Assembly: GCA_965216665.1 (NCBI GenBank) | Contig: OZ244194.1 | Coordinates: 3,611,129 to 3,675,128, forward strand | Direction: 5' to 3' | DNA: 64,000 bases | Source of the DNA: Arenicellales bacterium | GTDB lineage: Bacteria > Pseudomonadota > Gammaproteobacteria > Arenicellales > JAANXG01 | Part shown: in pieces, positions 60,030 through 64,000 of the stretch | How positions within the stretch are numbered: position 1 is the stretch's first letter | Layout: each line of letters starts with the position of its first letter | Program-made: the position numbers and the translations under genes | Notes under the pieces: generated by a model | What the model was told of the DNA's origin: nothing | Seen by the model: only the letters and a program-made list of their open reading frames with translations | Database searches by the model: none

Positions 60030-61625
60030 CTAGTTCACGGTCAACCAGGGATCGCAACGCGCGGGTCGGGCGGTGTCGTCCGACTCCCACTGCCGACCGA
60101 GCTGTGCGGCGGAAAGGGCGGTGGCGGACACTCGGTAGACCACCACCGGCGCCCGGCGCGCCCGCAACCACGCTAAGGTCTTGGCCGGCAGCAGGGATTC
60201 CATTTGTAGTGATTCGATGAGCCGCACGCCCTTACCCGGATCGGGGTTCGCGCGCCAAACCTGCGTCCAGCCCGCTTCGGCCGGGTCCGGCAACATCAAC
60301 GCGCCTGCGCGACCGAGCGCTTTCTTTACCGCGTGCGGTCCGTTCATAAAATACAGCGCGCCTTGCGGAGGCGGGTCGCTGCGTACCCGGCGCGTGAGCG
60401 CGGGGCGATCGAGAAAGAAAAATGTGCTTACCCGCCGCGTCGCAAGATCCGTGTAAACAGGGGCGTCGTGTTCGCTGACCCAGTGCGCCAGCGCGCGGGC
60501 GCCGTAGGCGCGGTCGAAACCGCGCAGCGCGGTGACGAAGAGCCCGGTCGAGATGAGAGCGAGTCCGATGACCGCGACCGCCGGCCGAAACGAGCGGCTG
60601 CCGTACAACGCGCCGAGTCCGATTCCGGCGAGCACTGCGGCGCCGTAGGTGGAGACCAGGTAATACCGGGACAACACCTTGAATCCCAGGCCATATCCGA
60701 TGAACAGAAAATGAATCAGCGCAAGCAGAACGAACAAGATCAACGCCGCCTTCTGTGGCGGTGAGACGCTGCGACGCAGAGCCAGCCACGAACCACCGAC
60801 GACTGCGCAGATATATAAGACTGCAGTTCCTGCGTTCACCAGAGCGCCGAAAGGCGCGCTGAAGCCACGCGACATGGCCTCAGTCGTCATCAGTGTGCCG
60901 GCGGCCGGCGTGCAGTCGCCGTGCGCCAGGTCGGTGTGTAACCGGTACAGGGGATCGCCGGTGAACCCCGCATAGGCCAGAATCTCGCTGCCGGCGACGA
61001 CCAAAAACCCCGCGCCCAGCAATATGTAGTGGCGGCGGGCAAACCGATAACCAAACACAAACAGTAACCCGTACAGCAATAACACGCTCGCGGACGTTTC
61101 GCGCGTCAGCCACGCGAGCCCGGCGGCGACGCCGGCGCCGAATAGCAGCCAGTGCGGCGTGGACTGCCGACCAGCGTGATAAAACAACCATACGGAGCCG
61201 GCGGCGAAAAAGAGTTCGGTCAATTCCGGGTTGGCGAGCGATGCACCATTGGCGAAGCCGGGAGTGACAGCCACCAGCGCGGCGGTGATCACCCCGGTAG
61301 CGCGATCGATGCCGCCCCTGACTGCCACATAGGTGATCAGCACCAGAGTGAAGAAATAGATCATCGTGGGCAGCACCAGGCTGATGTCGTTGGTGCCCCA
61401 CAGCGAAAAACTGGCCGCGATCGGCAACACATGGGGAAGCCGCAGCGCCCAGTGGTTGGTGCCCACATGCGGACCTTGAGATACCCACTCCCCGGCGGCG
61501 ATGGAGTACGGTAACGCGTCGACCCCGTGATAACCGCTCCAGCCGAGCCAGACCGAGAACGCCGCCAGTGCAAGTAGTGCGAGGCTGTCGATGAACGTGC
61601 CGGGAGCGCGTGCGACGTGACTCAT
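60030..61625 (-). CDS. GT39/GT83 (ArnT/PMT-like) membrane glycosyltransferase
   Basis: Multi-TM N-terminal half with loop motifs typical of dolichyl/undecaprenyl-phosphate-sugar dependent transferases. ~530 aa. Confidence 0.6.
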   Translation of the reverse strand: MSHVARAPGTFIDSLALLALAAFSVWLGWSGYHGVDALPYSIAAGEWVSQGPHVGTNHWALRLPHVLPIAASFSLWGTNDISLVLPTMIYFFTLVLITYVAVRGGIDRATGVITAALVAVTPGFANGASLANPELTELFFAAGSVWLFYHAGRQSTPHWLLFGAGVAAGLAWLTRETSASVLLLYGLLFVFGYRFARRHYILLGAGFLVVAGSEILAYAGFTGDPLYRLHTDLAHGDCTPAAGTLMTTEAMSRGFSAPFGALVNAGTAVLYICAVVGGSWLALRRSVSPPQKAALILFVLLALIHFLFIGYGLGFKVLSRYYLVSTYGAAVLAGIGLGALYGSRSFRPAVAVIGLALISTGLFVTALRGFDRAYGARALAHWVSEHDAPVYTDLATRRVSTFFFLDRPALTRRVRSDPPPQGALYFMNGPHAVKKALGRAGALMLPDPAEAGWTQVWRANPDPGKGVRLIESLQMESLLPAKTLAWLRARRAPVVVYRVSATALSAAQLGRQWESDDTARPARCDPWLTVN

Positions 61626-61883
61626 GGTTGGGTCTTCAGCTCTGTGATAGCGAGTAATCCTCCGCGCATACGCAATGTCGAACCATTAGGGCTGTGCCGG
61701 GTGTGCGCGGATGTCGATGCTTCCGGCCGGTGAAATTATAGCGTCTCGTGATCGTAACATTATGTTTTTAAGTAGAATTCTCATACAGGGCACGGAAAAT
61801 GTCACGCTGTGCGCCACACAGCGGCGCCTTGACCACTACGCATCGGGGCGCCGCGGCGCTGCGCATAGGGCGGATCCACGAAC

Positions 61884-62645
61884 TCAGTCCTTCATCTGAT
61901 AGCCGGTCTTGAATATCCACCAGACTAAGACGATGCAGATCGTGAGAAACACCGTGATCATGACCAGACTGGTGGTCACGGTAACGTCAGCAATCTCGTA
62001 GAAACTCCAGCGGAAGCCGCTGATCAGATACAGTACGGGGTTGAAGAGCGATACTGTCTGCCAAAGCGGCGGCAGCATGTTCACGGAATAGAAACTGCCG
62101 CCCAGAAATACGAGCGGTGTCACGATCAGCAGCGGAATCAGTTGCAGCTTCTCGAAGTTTTCCGCCCAGATTCCAATGATGAAGCCGAACAGGCTGAAGG
62201 TGACCGCAGTCAAAACCAGAAACAATATCATCCATATCGGGTGAGCGATGTTGAGCGGGACGAACAGACTCGCAGTGGCGAGGATAATCGACGCCAGGAT
62301 AATCGATTTGGTGGCGGCTGCGCCCACGTACCCCAGTATGATCTCGAAATACGACACCGGCGCGGACAAGAGCTCATAGATAGTGCCGGTGAACTTGGGA
62401 AAGAAGATGCCGAACGACGCATTGGAGATGCTTTGCGTCAACAGCGACAGCATGATCAACCCCGGTACGATAAACGAACCGTAACTGACGCCGTCGATTT
62501 CGGTGATGCGTGAACCGATCGCCGATCCGAACACCACAAAATACAATGATGTCGAGATGACCGGCGAGACTATGCTCTGCAGCAGGGTGCGCCGGGTGCG
62601 CGCCATCTCGAAACGGTAGATGGCCTTGATGGCGTGGATGTTCAT
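61884..62645 (-). CDS. ABC-2 type transporter permease
   Basis: 6-TM ABC-2 family pattern. 4-bp overlap (ATGA) with the upstream ATPase gene. Confidence 0.85.
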   Translation of the reverse strand: MNIHAIKAIYRFEMARTRRTLLQSIVSPVISTSLYFVVFGSAIGSRITEIDGVSYGSFIVPGLIMLSLLTQSISNASFGIFFPKFTGTIYELLSAPVSYFEIILGYVGAAATKSIILASIILATASLFVPLNIAHPIWMILFLVLTAVTFSLFGFIIGIWAENFEKLQLIPLLIVTPLVFLGGSFYSVNMLPPLWQTVSLFNPVLYLISGFRWSFYEIADVTVTTSLVMITVFLTICIVLVWWIFKTGYQMKD

Positions 62646-63571
62646 CGCGTTTCATTCACCAGGCTCACGAAGATGTCTTCGAGCGAACTCTGTTCGGTTT
62701 TCAAGTCTTTGAATTGGATGCCGGCCGCCGCCAAATCTTCGAGAAAATGGGTGACCGTTTCGCAGTCCTCATTGCTGTCGAAGGTATACGTCATGCGACC
62801 GCCGTTTGCCGCGAGCGAGACATTGTGGCGCGCGGCGAGCGCCTCCGGGACTGCGGCGAGATTTTGCCGCAGGTCGAGCACCAGTTCTTTCTTGCCGAGC
62901 TTACGCATGAGTTCGGCTTTTTCTTCCACCAGAATAATGCGTCCGTGATTGATGATCGCGATCCGGTCGGCGATAGCTTCGGCTTCCTCGATGTAGTGCG
63001 TGGTCAAAATGATCGTGACACCGGACGCGCGCAAGGCGTTTACCAACCGCCACATGTCGCGGCGCAGCTCCACGTCGACGCCCGCCGTGGGCTCATCAAG
63101 GAACAGGATGCGGGGCTCGTGGGACAATGCCTTCGCGATCATGACCCGCCGTTTCATGCCGCCGGACAGCTCCTTGATACGCGCGTTCCGTTTGTCCCAC
63201 AGGGACAGGTCGATCAGAATTCTTTCGATATGACCGGGATCCGGGTGTTTGCCGAACAACCCGCGGCTGAAAGCCACTGTCGCGAGCACGGTTTCGAACG
63301 TTTCAGTTGCCAGTTCCTGCGGCACCAGGCCGATCAAAGAGCGGGTTTTCCGGTATTCGCTGATGATGTCGTAGCCGTCCACGGTGACGCTGCCGGCGGT
63401 CGGATTGATGATCCCGCACACGATGCTGATGAGGGTCGTTTTTCCGGCGCCGTTCGGACCCAGAAGCGCGAGAATCTCACCGCGGTGGATGGCGAGATCG
63501 ACATTCTCCAGAGCGGTGAAGCCACCGGCGTAGGTCTTGGTCAAGTTGGAAATGTTTATCAAGGCAGACAT
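62642..63571 (-). CDS. ABC transporter ATP-binding protein
   Basis: Walker [13 protein letters not shown] signature LSGGMKRR. Walker [12 protein letters not shown] at 63571. Confidence 0.85.
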   Translation of the reverse strand: MSALINISNLTKTYAGGFTALENVDLAIHRGEILALLGPNGAGKTTLISIVCGIINPTAGSVTVDGYDIISEYRKTRSLIGLVPQELATETFETVLATVAFSRGLFGKHPDPGHIERILIDLSLWDKRNARIKELSGGMKRRVMIAKALSHEPRILFLDEPTAGVDVELRRDMWRLVNALRASGVTIILTTHYIEEAEAIADRIAIINHGRIILVEEKAELMRKLGKKELVLDLRQNLAAVPEALAARHNVSLAANGGRMTYTFDSNEDCETVTHFLEDLAAAGIQFKDLKTEQSSLEDIFVSLVNETR

Positions 63572-64000
63572 GCGGTGCTGGCCCGTGTCGGTGTCAACGA
63601 AACCCGGAAGTATGACGCAGATCGCCGTGCCGGGCGAGGCGGAGCCTGGAGTCGTCGTCCGTGTGCCGCTGCCGGAACCGGTGTGCGGTGCGAAACGCCG
63701 GCCACTCCCTTCGCCAAGGGCGACCCACGACGAACCGCTCCGAAATTGGAATGACATCACCCTGGTGATACGGTACCCGACATGCAGGCCATGACGGGAC
63801 CACGGAGGAGCCCATCGCGTTTGTAAACCCGTGCGCCGGTCGAGGAACGTTCGCGCGCGGTGAGAGCGCGGGATATTGCGCCGCGTTTCACGGCCGTTGC
63901 CGCTGGGGTCGGCGGTATTTTATGCTGCGCATTCACGCCTGCCAGCGACGGGACCCCGGCTATGGACAACAGCACCGCGCGAAGACTTACCGCACGTATT

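Noticed and set aside
1-64000. CRISPR arrays / rRNA
   Set aside because: No regularly spaced direct repeats and no rRNA-like conserved stretches were seen anywhere in the window.

Overview
This is a 64 kb, high-GC (~65%) chromosomal segment, probably from a Gram-negative bacterium. It is densely coded on both strands. Most of it is ordinary core or envelope content: a gamma-glutamyltransferase, an ALDH7-type aldehyde dehydrogenase, a complete Pha/Mrp multisubunit cation/H+ antiporter operon (fused phaAB through phaG) with an NhaR-like LysR regulator next to it, an RND efflux pair, a CaCA exchanger, a TonB-dependent receptor with a YfiR-like protein, hybrid kinase and OmpR regulator, an envelope-modification cluster (ArnT-like GT, AlkP-like, amidohydrolase, flippase-like), and an ABC-2 exporter. 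Several short low-GC stretches carry orphan genes. The most notable region is an accessory, lower-GC locus at about 39.5-46.3 kb. It holds a histone-H1-like basic protein, a tyrosinase fused to a C-terminal P-domain, and a cytoplasmic (leaderless) S8 subtilase divergently paired with a TIR-domain protein. The TIR protein keeps the catalytic-Glu motif and carries a ~300-aa uncharacterised C-terminal domain. An IS256-family element sits directly next to this pair, and the shared intergenic region contains two CRP-like palindromes. This subtilase plus TIR pair is the best candidate for a previously undescribed (possibly anti-phage or NAD+-depleting) system. Other unusual proteins are a 1050-aa FG-GAP beta-propeller with an HExxH domain, an ~890-aa secreted protein combining a six-hairpin glycosidase-like domain with Calx-beta and SdrD-B repeats, two divergent HPF/RaiA-like paralogs flanking the antiporter operon, and a subtilase autotransporter. 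No CRISPR array, rRNA or clear tRNA was seen. All calls come from reading the translations and sequence by eye; no database search was possible.
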